Source: Hormiphora californensis (Eukaryota > Animalia > Ctenophora). Taken from it: DNA of 64,000 bases. Shown here in pieces: positions 1 through 12,977 of this stretch (position 1 is the stretch's first letter; every line of letters begins with the position of its first letter). The position numbers and the translations under genes were made by a program. The notes beneath the pieces are model-generated. The model was given only the letters and a program-made list of their open reading frames with translations. It searched no databases and was not told the origin of the DNA. Location of the stretch: positions 2,604,001 through 2,668,000 of the forward strand of contig CM035355.1 of the NCBI GenBank assembly GCA_020137815.1, read 5' to 3'.

Positions 1-198
1 GGTTGCCATGGTAAATTTTGACAAATCGATAAATTCCTTTCCCGGATCGCCCTCCCCCGCATTCCAAGAATTCGATGACCTTTCATGAATATTCCTCTGA
101 CTCTTTCCTCACACAACCCAGCTGGGAGTGTAAGAATCCTTCTTTACCACCTAACTCAGCTGAATTCAGATGACACTCTGGGCTCTAACTCACCCCTT

Positions 199-404
199 AC
201 CTCCAGCCCCAAGTTCTAACCCACCCTCTCTAGTCCCAAGTTCTAACCCACCCTCTCTAGTCCCAAGTTCTAACCCACCCTCTCCAGCGTCAAGTTCTAA
301 CCCACCCACTCCAGCCCCGAGTTCTAACCCACCCTCTCCAGCCCCAAGTTCTAACCACCCCTCTCTCCCCTCCAAGTTCTAACCCACCCCTCTCTCCCCT
401 CCAG
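199..404 (+). repeat. 27-bp intronic tandem repeat (~7 copies), each unit resembling a 3' splice site
   Basis: Unit approx. CAAGTTCTAACCCACCCTCTCCAGCCC = TTCTAAC branch-like motif + pyrimidine tract + AG; the last AG (403-404) precedes the coding exon at 405. Confidence 0.85.
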
Positions 405-2369
405 TCCGAAGTATGAGAACCTGCCCCACGTAAAGAAAGTGATAGACGAGGCTCCCCCAGAGTACATCATAATGATAGTCGTAGCATCAGTCCAGTTACT
501 TGCCATGACTATTAGTCTGGTGCACATCGTCAACAAACACAAAGCATTCACCAGGTTCGTGTTATACTGATATTTTGGTTACCAATGGTTACGAAATAAC
601 CCCTTTCCGTGCTGGCAAGGGAGGGGTAACTTCGTTACCAATTTTATAGTAGAGGGGGTTGTGTATATCAGCTGAGCCGTGTAGGGTTAATAAGGTTTCA
701 ATGTCTTTCCAAGATTTGTATAGGGTGGCTTTTTGTCCATTTTACAATTCAGTTTGCAGGTTATTATATATGTCTAAGCATGCTCAGCATAGAGCCATAA
801 TATTTCTCACCTCTCTCTCCTTCGCATGAGACATTCTCGCACATTCCTGAGTCCTGAGTTTTCCCGCCAAAAACTTTCCTGGACATATATTCAATTCTTG
901 ATTCCCCCACGCCCTGAATCGCTTCCTATCTCTCTCTCTCCCTCCCTCATAATCTAATATCACATCTGTCTGTCTCTCCATCCTCTCTGGGCGGTATATG
1001 GGACATGTTACAAATTAGGAAGCGTGAAGAACGAGTTGCGATATATCACACTGATACCATGACACTTCCAAGTACGATCCTTGGTACTACAAATGCAGAA
1101 TAATCTGACTCTACTAGCCGATCTAGGAATAGCTCGATTACTAGGAATAGCTAGGTTACTTTGAGAAATGCCACTAAAAACCCTAACCCCCTCCCTCTTT
1201 ACAGGATAAAGCCACGTCTAGTTGGACCCACAGTGGGGCTGCTGACATTCTACTGGGTCATAGCTCTACTGAATGTACTGGGATTGTTTGTGCTGAGGGC
1301 CAACCTTCTCTGTCAGGCAATCTGTAAGTTTACAACATTGGCCCCGGGGCGCTTACCAGCGCTGTGATATATTTCCTGAATTTGTATCTCCTATAAGTAT
1401 ATTCCCAATTATCTATAGTTTGACTCCCATTTCTTGACCGTATCTTGTCCCCCAGGTTGGTGCTACGATTCCCTAGTTGGGTATCTAATGGTGGCTCTCC
1501 TTATCTCCTACTCAAACGGGAAAGTCAGCTATGCCTCCCTCCTGACATGGAGAGATGTCGTGGCTTCTCCCTACGGCTGCATTTCCCTGTGCTGCTGGGG
1601 GCTGATAACCAAACGAAATGTGAAACGAGCTCTCACCAACACCCTCCAGTTCATAGTGATTGTCTGTCTCACCTCACTGGTTGAGTTGATATGTGAAAAC
1701 GAAGAGTTAGTGGTGTACCCCGCACCTCTCTCCACCAGCTACATTACCTTTGCTTCAAAGACAATTCAGGCACTCTCATACCTAGTGTCGCTACACGGGC
1801 TACTTCTCGTTGCCAGGGCTGCCAGTGTAGTTCGGAAGGGCAGCAGGCCGTACATCAAGCTGCTCCTTTATAAATCTATCTGGTTGCTATCCGTTGTCCA
1901 GGGCAACATGCTCCTATACATGGCTGTTAAGGGTGTCCTACCAGCCACCTCCAATATAGCACCACTCACCCGGGCCGTGGTTTGGGGTAACTTTGCAACG
2001 GTGTGCGAGTGCACCATCGCATATTTCCTCTCCACACGAGTCTACACAGTGGATGACTACTGTAGCCTGAGAAAGGATGACACTCTTCGAACGGAGGAGG
2101 ACCTGCCCTCGACCCTGAGGAGCGGCAAGAGGAGGTTCAAGAGTGAGGAGGCGATCCAAACAACACCCAGGGTAAAACGGGCGGTGTTAAAGAGGAACAC
2201 CCTCAGTTACACCCAGGTAGCCCAACCACCTACCGACATGGAGGAACAGGACCAAGGGCCGGGTGTTCCTACCATCTCCATTGTGGACGGCAAGGTCAAT
2301 ATCGCCCTTAGCTCCAAGGACCTCGCCAAGCTGTGTCAAGAGCGGTGGAGCTGGTTCGATCCCTGTTAA
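405..2369 (+). CDS. Organic solute transporter alpha / TMEM184-like multipass membrane protein (5' end not determined)
   Basis: Phase-consistent exons 405-554, 1205-1323, 1456-2369 give ...YIIMIVVASVQLLAM...KAFTR|IKPRLVGPTVGLLTFYWVIALL...LCQAIC|WCYDSLVGYLMVALLISYSNG...PYGCISLCC...TLQFIVI...YIKLLLYKSIWLLSVVQG, an OST-alpha-like hydrophobic pattern. The C-terminus may continue to 2592 through a frameshift near 2340. Confidence 0.65.
586..641. mobile_element. Short MITE-like element, TGGTTACGAA-TIR family (copy 1)
   Basis: TGGTTACGAAATAACCCC...GGGGTAACTTCGTTACCA inverted ends; related copies at 16496-16551 and 48472-48551. Confidence 0.6.
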
Positions 2370-3072
2370 TCTGAATGATATCAGGGTTGGTGAGAGCAGC
2401 TCCTCAGAGGATGGTTTGGAGGATGATGATTACTGCTCCAAACTCCAACGAAGGAGCATGATGTATGTCAAGGAGCTGACCCCGAGTGAGAGTGATGTTA
2501 GTGATGTTGGAGAATTGGAATTAGGGAGTCAACAGCAACTTAAATCTGCCGCTGAGAAACAGTACCTCAGTAGTAAGATCAGCTTGGTGTAAACAGAGAG
2601 CTACTCTTCAAAATGAGGGAAATATTTGGAACAATGCTCAATGCTGACTTCAAATACATTTGGAAAACTCATCACGAGGTGCTCTTTTTTAACAGACAAT
2701 AATCTTGGACTGCGATTTCAAGAAAACCTGCTGCTTTTCCTTGTCTCATTCTTACTCGCGGTGCCCGGTGGAGAGAGAAATAGGACTCTGAAATAGGATG
2801 AGATAGGACCGCTGCTGTGTGTTAGCATCTTGAGGATGATTTCTGCAGTGCAGTACACGTGCATAAGTCATGCAGTTGTAGACTGAAATTCTTTTATTTG
2901 TGTTACGATTAAACTATAGTGTGATGGACAATATTGGGGGTAATTTAGGGACAATTTTAGGATTGCTCTGGCCTGGCCATGTGGTATTAGATCATGTTTG
3001 GCAGGCCAGGGCAAGAGACTTTATTATTTTATTAATGTGTGTGAGCGTTCCATTACCATTGGCCATGCTTCT

Positions 3073-3074
<2 letters not shown>

Positions 3075-3165
<91 letters not shown>
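3075..3165. repeat. (AG)n microsatellite; further AG/CT tracts at ~3447, 17060-17320, 28290-28500, 30330-30740, 31210-31310, 31580-31760, 41915-42210, 47980-48180
   Basis: Direct dinucleotide runs. Confidence 0.95.
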
Positions 3166-3170
<5 letters not shown>

Positions 3171-3440
3171 TGATGAAGTTTGTCGGAACGCGTCTGATCG
3201 TCTCCCTGAAATTGTGTTTTCAATTGAAAGATCACAGTGCCCCCCCCCCCCTTGCGACACTCCCCCAGGCGCCTGATAGCTTCTGGTACTTTCTTTCTCC
3301 AATCTATCTCTATCTATCTCTATCCCTCTCTATCTCTCTGAATTTGGTCATGGGGGCGGAAAGATCTTTCTCTCTGTGCACAGATCAGATCGAGTCGAGC
3401 TATAGGTGAAAGTTTAGAGTTCAAATTGGATGTGACGATA

Positions 3441-3496
<56 letters not shown>

Positions 3497-3634
3497 CCCG
3501 GCACAGCTGTGTGAGTGCGGTAATATTTATTTCATGTGGCACACCCTACTACTAAACGTATATTTTGGGACATACCACCCTTCCAGTTACTTACTCTCTC
3601 TCCCCCCCCCCCTCTCGCTCTATCTCTCGCTCTA

Positions 3635-3671
<37 letters not shown>

Positions 3672-4229
3672 ATCTCTCTAGATTCTTTAACAGCAAGGGA
3701 ACTTGATTGAGCTGTGTGTTTTTTGTTGGAAAGACCGTTACACGGTTCTCACCTGTATACATTTTGAATTTCGGTATTCTTTGAAAAAAAGAAAATCTGC
3801 TGTCGTTGGAAAGTTAACAATCCAGAATTAAAAACAACTTCACGTCCCTATCCACCAATCTCGTACCTATCCTGTCAGGCCAATGCTCTGACAGCCTCTA
3901 CTCCACTTTGTTGAACAAATCCCTCCCGATCCCATCTCCAGCTCCATGCCACAAACCCCACGCAAAAAATGTGCTCGGCACTTTGGGTAGTTTTTTGGAG
4001 CTGAAGATTACATTGCCATTGCCAACTTCAATCTTTGAAAAAATCCTCCCCCACCCTCCCTGTATCTCCATCTCCCTCCATGTCCACAGCTCATTAACTC
4101 AACACGTAAAAACAGTTTTCAAGCATGTTATATCAAAACTACTTTTCACCACAGGAGACCGTGTCTAATAACTCTGATAACAACCATGGAAAATATTATC
4201 CCAGTTCCATCCATTACACCGGATCGGCT

Positions 4230-6182
4230 TCATGTCATGTCGCCTTGGTAGGTTATCATTCCGATACTGTCCCATCCAAACAGTCTGGCGTCTCTCTCAA
4301 ATCTGCAAATATGCCACAAATATTAACACACCACCAATTTATACTCACAAATATTAACACAACTCCTTTATATTCACACAGGTTAACATATGAAGTCATC
4401 ACAATGGATAGATAGATAACAAGACGTGTGTCTTGGCCGTGTACACAGAGGGGCAGGACGTGCCCATGAAGTGTGTCGGTTTGTGGATGTGAGATTTACT
4501 TACTGACTGGACACGTTGCCATGTAGATCTTCTGGAACCAATCACAATCCTCAGCTGGGAGACGAAACACAGGTTAGAGGAAGTGTTACCGGTAGGGGGT
4601 GTACCGGGGGATGGGAATATATGGTAGGGGGTGTACCGGGGGATGGGCTGTATGGCGGCGCCATACCCCATTTGATTCTCAAAGTGCGCTCAGATGGGTC
4701 GCGGCACCAGACAGGGGATGTGAATATGGTAGGGGGTCTTCTGGCCACTGGGGGATAGGAGAGGGTCTACTGGGGATGGGGGTGTTTCTGGGTCACAAGA
4801 CCGGAGATCCCTTTACTTGTTTTTGGGCAAGTGAACACTTACGACAGGATATAGTTTTCCCTTGGAATGTGATGAGGTTTGAATAGTCAACTTCAATGGG
4901 GGTTCCTGCATCACTACACGCTTCTTCGTAGTACCTGGAGATTTGGGATGTTGACACAAATTTTAACGGCCGCTGGTGTGTGCGGGTTTAAAATCAAAAT
5001 TTTAATTTTAATTTTAACTTTGGTGTGTGGTGACCCCAACGCGATTTAATAGTTATAATGTGTAGAGCTGGGATATCAGTCATACTCTGTGATCTGTCAT
5101 ACTCTATCTGTTTTCTCATCCCCCACAACAATTCGTCCTCTTATTGAGGCGTAAAGACTCCGAAGGTCGAAGGACAACCTTTTTAGGACCCACTGATTGG
5201 GTGTTTAAGTTGATTGGGGCGGCTAGTCGTTTGTAGTCCACCTCCTCCAACCCCGTAGGCTCCAATATATGAAGAAAGTGTATACTCATTGCTCAACCCC
5301 CTTCAGTATTCAGTAGCGTTCCGTTGGGAACCCTCAGGGCTTAACCACACCTCACTGCAGAGCATGTTTACCAATTGAATTCCCCATCCTTCCCTTGAAT
5401 TGTTCATGTCACTCAATCCTTCCTATACTAAGCTATGCCAGATACGTCCACCCCATAGGTGGACAGAGCAGCTCTGCCAGGACAATGCTCTGACCACTAT
5501 TCTCCCGCGAAATGAGAATAGGGTCACGCCAATGCTCTGACAGGTGCAGCTCTCACGAACCTGGCCTGACCCAGGTGCAGACCATGACAGAAAAGTGCTG
5601 GTACTAACCTGACCCAGGTGCATACCATGACAGAAAAGTGCTGGTACTAACCTAACCCAGGTGCAGACCATGACAGAAAAGGGCTGGTACTAACCTGACC
5701 CAGGTGCAGACCATGACAGAAAAGGGCTGGTACTAACCTGACCCAGGTGCAGACCATGACAGAAAAGGGCTGGTACTAACCTGACCCAGGTGCAGACCAT
5801 GACAGAAAAGGGCTGGTACTAACCTAACCCAGGTGCAGACCATGACAGAAAAGGGCTGGTCCTCGTTGGCTGGCCACACCTCTCCCATTAGGTTACTCGT
5901 GCACGCATCCTCCCCACACAACCTGCAGGTAGGATAGAGTACATTTTATTGATCCATCGTCATCCAAACTTAACAGACAAATACAAAGAGATTTGGGTCT
6001 TTGTAGGTCTGTTAAGTTTTAAGTTTGATACGCATGGCTGATAAGTTTCTGTAGTCATGCTACAGAGCTGGCTGAAACCTGAAATCGAAGGGCTCCTCAC
6101 ATCCCTGAGTTCCTAGCTTATTGAATAGCTCATCACAGAGCCGTAGATGCTGGGATCAGAGATTATTGTTAAGTGAGGAAAT

Positions 6183-6217
<35 letters not shown>

Positions 6218-9200
6218 CAGACAAGGAGAGGAAGAGACAAAGTACTCCCCATAACTTACCCGTGTCCCCCCATGTACATAGTTGCACATGGCCCGGGTTG
6301 CTTGAGGGTACTGGCAGTTGTTAGTTAACCTCCAGCTAAACACAAATGCTGGCATGTCATCCAGGACCTCTGAAGAAAACTTGAATTAGTGTTCTGGAGA
6401 GGCTAGTGTTCTACAGTAAACTGACTATAAAGTCACCGATTTTGTTCTAATTTTAATTAACTGCTTGGTAGCTTGGAGTTTCATATCTGTAGTACACGGT
6501 TTGGGAAGATTGACAAGTTTCAAGTTCACACCTCGTTGCTATGACACAAGACAGTCTGAACAAGTCAACTAACCTGGTTGCTATGACACAACACACTCCG
6601 AGTCTAAGTCAACTAACCTGGCGGCCAGGAGTTGCTGGTGTAGTCGTCCACTGCTCGTCCGTTAAAGTTGCCACACAAACCTCCAACCTTCCCTGGGATA
6701 ATATTACCACCGTTCTTGGCGTCTATCTTCAGTCCTGCTAGACCATCGTACGTGATGGTTATGTCCCCGGCAGCCAAGGTTGCCACCACATCATACCTGA
6801 GAGGGTGGGGTATTTAGAAGGTAATTGATCCTTCCTTGATCTTATAAGTAGAGGGCTGTCTGTCACCGTTAGACCCCGTTTTGAATTTGAATTCTCAAAA
6901 CAGTGCGCTTAGATTGGATCAGGGTTGGGGAGGGTGTTGTTGTTGCAACAGCATGTTGTGCAGCACAACAAGATCAAAATGGGGGATTATAGCTAAGGAT
7001 CAGGGTTGGGGAGGGTATTGTGCAGTACAACAAGATCATGTGGGGCTGTAAGTTGCACCTACCCAGACATGGTAACAGATACGGTTCCATCATCATAGGG
7101 CTCTTTGAACACTGCCTTCTTCTCTCCACCCACATCTGCAGGGGACAGGTGAATCAGAGGTGAATCAGAGGTGAATCAGAGGTGAATCAGAGGTGAATCA
7201 GAGGTGAATCAGAGGTGAATCAGAGGTGAATCAGAGGTGAATCAGAGGTGAATCAGAGGTGAATCAGAGGTGAATCAGAGGTGAATCAGAGGTGAATCAG
7301 AGGTGAATCAGAGGTGAATCAGAGGTGAATCAGAGGACAGAGGTGAATCAGAGGTGAATCAGAGGTGAATCAGAGGTGAATTAGAGGTGAATCAGAGGTG
7401 AATCAGAGGTGAATCAGAGGTGAATCAGAGGTGAATCAGAGGTGAATCAGAGGTGAATCAGAGGTGAATCAGAGGTGAATCAGAGGACAGAGGTGAATCA
7501 GAGGTGAATCAGAGGTGAATCAGAGGTGAATCAGAGGTGAATCAGAGGTGAATCAGAGGTGAATCAGAGGTGAATTAGAGGTGAATCAGAGGTGAATCAG
7601 AGGTGAATCAGAGGTGAATCAGAGGTGAATCAGAGGTGAATCAGAGGTGAATCAGAGGTGAATCAGAGGTGAATCAGAGGACAGAGGTGAATCAAAAGTG
7701 AATCATACTTGCCATGCTACGCAGTCTGTCGTTCGGTGTGACAGCCGACAGAATGTAGAGGACAGGAGTGAATCATCCGGGGATGACTAGAGGTTTGATT
7801 CAACGTTTACACTAAAGATCAGGAAAAAGTACTCCCTGTTGTCATACCCACAACTGACTCTGGCAGGCCAATGCTCATAGTCAAATATGGAAATTGCTCT
7901 GACCACGGTACTCCCATCTGACTGAACGTTTAGAACACCGTGTAGTACTACTCACTGATAATCCAGCCCCTATAGATCTGTATACTGGAGGTTCCACTGT
8001 AGATCGTTACACTTTCCAGGCACACATACATTCTGGATGAGCTGCAATCCTACATAAATACAAGGGAGGGTGACTGTTAGAACAATGAACTGATAGGAAG
8101 GGGTAAAGTAGGGTAACAAGTCCAAAGAATCAAGGAACTGATAGTATACTTCACAGCAACGGTTAATTTGATAGAATGGGACCATGGGAGTTTGCTACTT
8201 CGGCTAAAGTACCTAAAAGATCATAAACGTACGGTAAAATCAGCGTAGATAGCAAAAGAAAGCTTCTCATTGTCGATCAGCAGGGCGTACGTGCAGGAAG
8301 GTCCACTAAATTGGTATCTTCTTCCATCGAAGGTCTGCATGTGAGCATTACCCAAGATAGAGCATGTGTGTGATGCACCCACTTCAGTAACACCTACAGG
8401 GATGGGTCTACTGTTATAGTTGCCATGGTAACCATTGCATCCAGGGGGTCTACTGTTATAGTAGCCATGGTAACCATTGCATCCAGGGGGTCTACTGTTA
8501 TAGTTGCCATGGCAACTAAACCATTGCATCCAGGGGGGTCTACTAAGCTTGGTAACTCTACTTACTCGGATCAGGGGGGCAGTCTGTGACTTTGAGACAT
8601 TGGCCCTTATGAAGGAACGGTCTGTCCTCGGGGCACCTGCATATCTCGTGGCACCGGGGCTGGTGAGCCACTAGGGGCACAGAACACGTCGGGTTAAATG
8701 GTAGGTAACTGCACCTGCAAGAAGGGTTGGATTGAGAGAGATAGAGATGGAGGGGGGGATAGAAACTGAGAAAGAGAAAACAAACCTATCAAAAGTCATC
8801 TCATCATTGGGGCACGAATTGGGACATTCTTTCTTCGTGATGCAACGGCCCTCGTGGAGAATTGGTCGCGATGTAGGACAGGCGCACCTCGCATAGCACT
8901 GGGGAGTGGATGCAGAGTTTAACTCCGCCGCAAAGTTATTTGAATGGCACTGGAAGTGAAAGTTACCTGATTATTGAAGGGAGGTTCCGGGTAGTCGCAT
9001 GATAAATCATAGTAAGAGATAGGACAATCTTGATATGTCATCTCTGGTTTGTTTAGACGGATACACGCTGGATCCGGGGTGTCATCTTCTTCTTCTTCTG
9101 CTTCATTTGATTCTTCTTCGTTTTCTTTTCCATCCATTTCCGTATCTTTAGTTTCGTCTTTTTCTCCCATCTCTCCATCCTCTCCCATCTCTCCATCCTC

Positions 9201-12200
9201 TCCCATCTCTCCATCCTCTCCCATCTCTCCATCTTCTTCCATCTCTCCATCTTCTTCCATCTCTCCATCCTCTCCCATCTCTCCATCCTCTCCCATCTCT
9301 CCATCTTCTTCCATCTCTCCATCTTCTTCCATCTCTCCATCTTCTTCCATCTCTCCATCGTCTCCCATCTCTCCATCGTCTCCCATTTTCTTGTCTTCCA
9401 TTTCCATCTCCATATCCGCCTTAATATTTTCGGTTGCTTCCACTGTTTCATTTCCCATCATACTTTTTTGAATGTTCTCCGTCGCCTCCTCAGATTTCTC
9501 TGTCATTTCAGACTTTTCTGTTGACTTTTCTGTCATTTCAGACTTTTCTGTAGCCTTTTCTGTCATTTCAGACTTTTCTGTCGACTTTTCTGCCATTTCA
9601 GATTTCTCTGTCGACTTTTCTGTCATTTCAGACTTTTCTGTCGACTTTTCTGTCATTTCAGACTTTTCTGTTGTCTTTTCTGTGGCCTCTTTTTCATTCT
9701 CCATTGTCTTTTCTGTGGCCTCTTTTTCACTTTCCATCGTCTTTTCTGTAGCCTCTTTTTCACTTTCCATCGTCTTTTCTGTGACCTCTTTTTCACTTTC
9801 CATCGTCTTTTCTGTGGCCTCTTTTTCATTCTCCATCGTCTTTTCTGTGGCCTCTTTTTCACTTTCCATCGTCTTTTCTGTAGCGTCTCTTTCACTTTCC
9901 ATTGTCTTTTCTGTAGCCTCTTTTTCACTTTCCATCGTCTTTTCTGTGGCCTCTTTTTCACTTTCCATCGTCTTTTCTGTGGCCTCTTTTTCATTCTCCA
10001 TTGTCTTTTCTGTGGCCTCTTTTTCACTTTCCATCGTCTTTTCTGTGGCCTCTTTTTCATTTTCCATCGTCTTTTCTGTAGCCTCTTTTTCACTTTCCAT
10101 CGTCTTTTCTGTGGCCTCTTTTTCACTTTCCATCGTCTTTTCTGTAGCCTCTTTTTCACTTTCCATCGTCTTTTCTGTAGCGTCTCTTTCACTTTCCATT
10201 GTCTTTTCTGTAGCCTCTTTTTCACTTTCCATCGTCTTTTCTGTGGCCTCTTTTTCATTCTCCATCGTCTTTTCTGTGGCCTCTTTTTCACTTTCCATCG
10301 TCTTTTCTGTAGCATCTTTTTCACTTTCCATCGTCTTTTCTGTAGCCTCTTTTTCACTTTCCATTGTCTTTTCTGTAGCCTCTTTTTCACTTTCAATCGT
10401 TTTTTCTGTAGCCTCTTTTTCACTTTCCATTGTCTTTTCTGTGGCCTCTTTTTCACTTTCCATCGTCTTTTCTGTGACCTCTTTTTCACTTTCCATCGTT
10501 TTTTCTGTGGCCTCTTTTTCACTTTCCATTGTCTTTTCTGTAGCCTCTTTTTCACTTTCCATCGTCTTTTCTGTGGCCTCCACAGCGACACAGCTGCTCT
10601 CCTTGGTAGAGCCCTCAGGGGCCGATGTTCCCTCAGGGCAGTCTATACAGACACTATCGGCACTATATGTGTTAGGTGGACAGGGAACACACTCACCGGA
10701 TACCAGATACCCACCTTCCGCACATGGATCTGAGAAGAGAGATCAGAGAGAGGGAGCGGGTTATTGATATACGAAAACAGCAATTGAATCAAGATCATGG
10801 TTCTAAGACACCGGTAGCTGGTTTATAAAGTGCTGTTGTACTTACTGTAAACACAGTCTGCCATAGAGGTGGCCCCTGGGGAAGCTGACATCCCCCCTGG
10901 ACAGGGGATACACTTCTCAGATTGGAAGAATGTATTGGGTGGACATTTCAAACACTTTCCACCACTTGAAAAACTTCCTTCCGGGCATTTTACTGGTGCC
11001 TCTGGAAAGAATGGGGGAATCATTTTAGGTGGTTTTAGGTGGTTTTAATGGCTGGAAAAGCATTGCTATATGATTATTAAATGTTCACACTCGGTCACTT
11101 GGACTTGTTAATGGTCCAAGCGACCCCTCTCTCTTTCTCTCCCCCTCTCTCACTCCAAGAAAACTCACTTTCGCACCGCGGCATTTCTGTCAGGACCATC
11201 TGTCCTGTCTCACACACGGCGGAGTAGGCGCCCTTAATGACAAAGCCAGGGTGACAAACAAAATAGCATTTATTCATGGCGCAGATAGTCCTTCCATTGA
11301 GAGGAACCGCTGAACACGCATAGGCAACACCTGGTGATAAAAGCAGAGGGAAGAGAGTTTGTCATTGCAGTATGTCAATCAAGTAAAGATCTAGTGAGAT
11401 CTACCAAATAGTTCCGATTTACCTGTTCCTGTATAACAAACATTTTGGAGTTTAAAGATTGGTTCAAGATTTTAGGATAGCTTGGGATCTATTATAAATA
11501 CACTGTCAGGCCAATGCTCTGACCACAGTTCTCGCGCGCTCCGCGTGAGAGAAGAGAGAATGGGTCAGGCCAATGCTCTGACAGTAAATACAGCTTGTTG
11601 AAATCAAAATATGGAGGGTGGGAGGCGGGGAGGTAATATGCAGGTATCACTCACAACCGTACGTAGGACGGATATGATATACTACATGCAACATTACTTG
11701 ACATGTTCCTAGTCTGTCAGCTCTTGCACTGGACCGAAAGCCCGGTGAGAGCTTACGCGAGCCCTAAGGGCGCTTAAAGACCGAATGGACAGACTGCGTA
11801 GCATGGCAGAACCTTACCTGCTTGTTTGATGATAATCTCTTCAGTAGCCTCTACAGAGGTTTTCAAGCTGCTGCTACTTGATATTGACCAATCACTGTCC
11901 TTCATTCCTGATGACTTGCCGTGTTCAGTCATCCCTCCACCAGTCATCCCTCCACCAGTCATCCCTCCACCAGTCATCCCTCCACCAGTCATCCCTCCAC
12001 CAGTCATCCCTCCACCAGTCATCCCTCCACCAGTCATCCCTCCACCAGTCATCCCTCCACCAGTCATCCCTCCACCAGTCATCCCTCCACCAGTCATCCC
12101 TCCACCAGTCATCCCTCCACCAGTCATCCCTCCACCAGTCATCCCTCCAGTCATCTCTCCCACTCCTGATCCCATATCTCCCATCATCATATCTCCCCCT

Positions 12201-12503
12201 GCCCGTTTGGATCTGGTCGCCCCATCATCAGGAACTGGAACACTTTCTACCAACCGCACCTGCAGCTGTATACCTGCAGTAGAGATTGTGTTGGGATTGT
12301 GTTCACCATTCACTGGTTAAAACTTAGAATCCGTTCTCTGGCGGCACCGATTTGAGCACTAGGGGCCGCTAGATAGAAAATAGGGGAGCTCAAGTAGAAC
12401 TGAGAGTAAAACTCAAGCTTAAACTTTGAAAAACACGAAAGGCGAAACTTCTAGAGCTATAATGTCAAAACTTACAGAGGAGACAGAAGACGACAGACAG
12501 CAT
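4230..12503 (-). CDS. Secreted multi-exon mucin/vWF-like protein: signal peptide, RSKR site, (GGGMT)n, Sushi/CCP, two Eph-receptor-like Cys repeats, (EATEKTMESEK)n, acidic GEM(G/E)ED repeats, two TIL-like modules, VWD, C8-like region
   Basis: ATG 12503 MLSVVFCLL|CIQLQV...; CYFVCHPGFVIKGAYSAVC (11170-11330); CPPNTF..CIPCPGG (10847-11000); TCSILGNAHMQTFDGRRYQFSGPSCTYAL (8235-8395); GGLCGNFNG (~6660-6690); YYEEACSDAG (~4905-4934); putative last exon to TGA at 4230-4232. The 3' exon structure is uncertain. Confidence 0.75.
5565..5860. repeat. 43-bp tandem repeat (~7 copies) at an exon/intron boundary
   Basis: Unit CCTGACCCAGGTGCAGACCATGACAGAAAAGGGCTGGTACTAA; on the minus strand each unit carries a donor-like AG|GTTAGT. 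Confidence 0.9.
7147..7705. repeat. 11-bp minisatellite (GGTGAATCAGA) ~50 copies, intronic
   Basis: Near-perfect tandem array immediately upstream of a minus-strand acceptor (~7137). Confidence 0.95.
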
Positions 12504-12977
12504 GGTTCCAAAAAGAAATAGGTTTACACGCACTGCACTCCTGTAGTAGTAGTTGTGACACGGAAACGTATTATGGAAAGCACATGTGTCACCCAAAATT
12601 GGACATTACCAGTACATAGACAGGTGCTACTACCACTACTAGCATTACTACACAATGTCCCCAAACTGCTAGGGAGCGTGTGACACACTGTTCCACACTT
12701 GCTGATAGTTCTTCAAGTGACATTTGGACACTATTTGGATTCAGTTGCAGTTTACAATGAAGCTGAAGGGAGTGATACTGCGATACAGCTTAGAACAACA
12801 GTCTTTAGAAATGCAAAACATTTTTAAATGACAATCAACATCAAAACAAACTCAACATCAAAACAAACTCAAAAACAAGAATAAAGGTTTTTTACAGAAA
12901 TGTCCATCATCTTTCGGCACCGTTTTGATTCTCAGTGCTCTCGGATCGGGTCGGCGCCGCCAGACAGTCCATCATGT

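Noticed and set aside
170-382. Pro/Ser-rich 70-aa ORF
   Set aside because: It is the translation of the 27-bp repeat, out of frame with the transporter exon, which has its own acceptor at 404
5565-7705. CRISPR-like arrays
   Set aside because: Head-to-tail repeats with no unique spacers, no cas genes, eukaryotic introns
9049-12320. Long plus-strand and alternative-frame ORFs (431 aa, 312 aa, 164 aa)
   Set aside because: Shadows of the coding minisatellites in the minus-strand VWD gene
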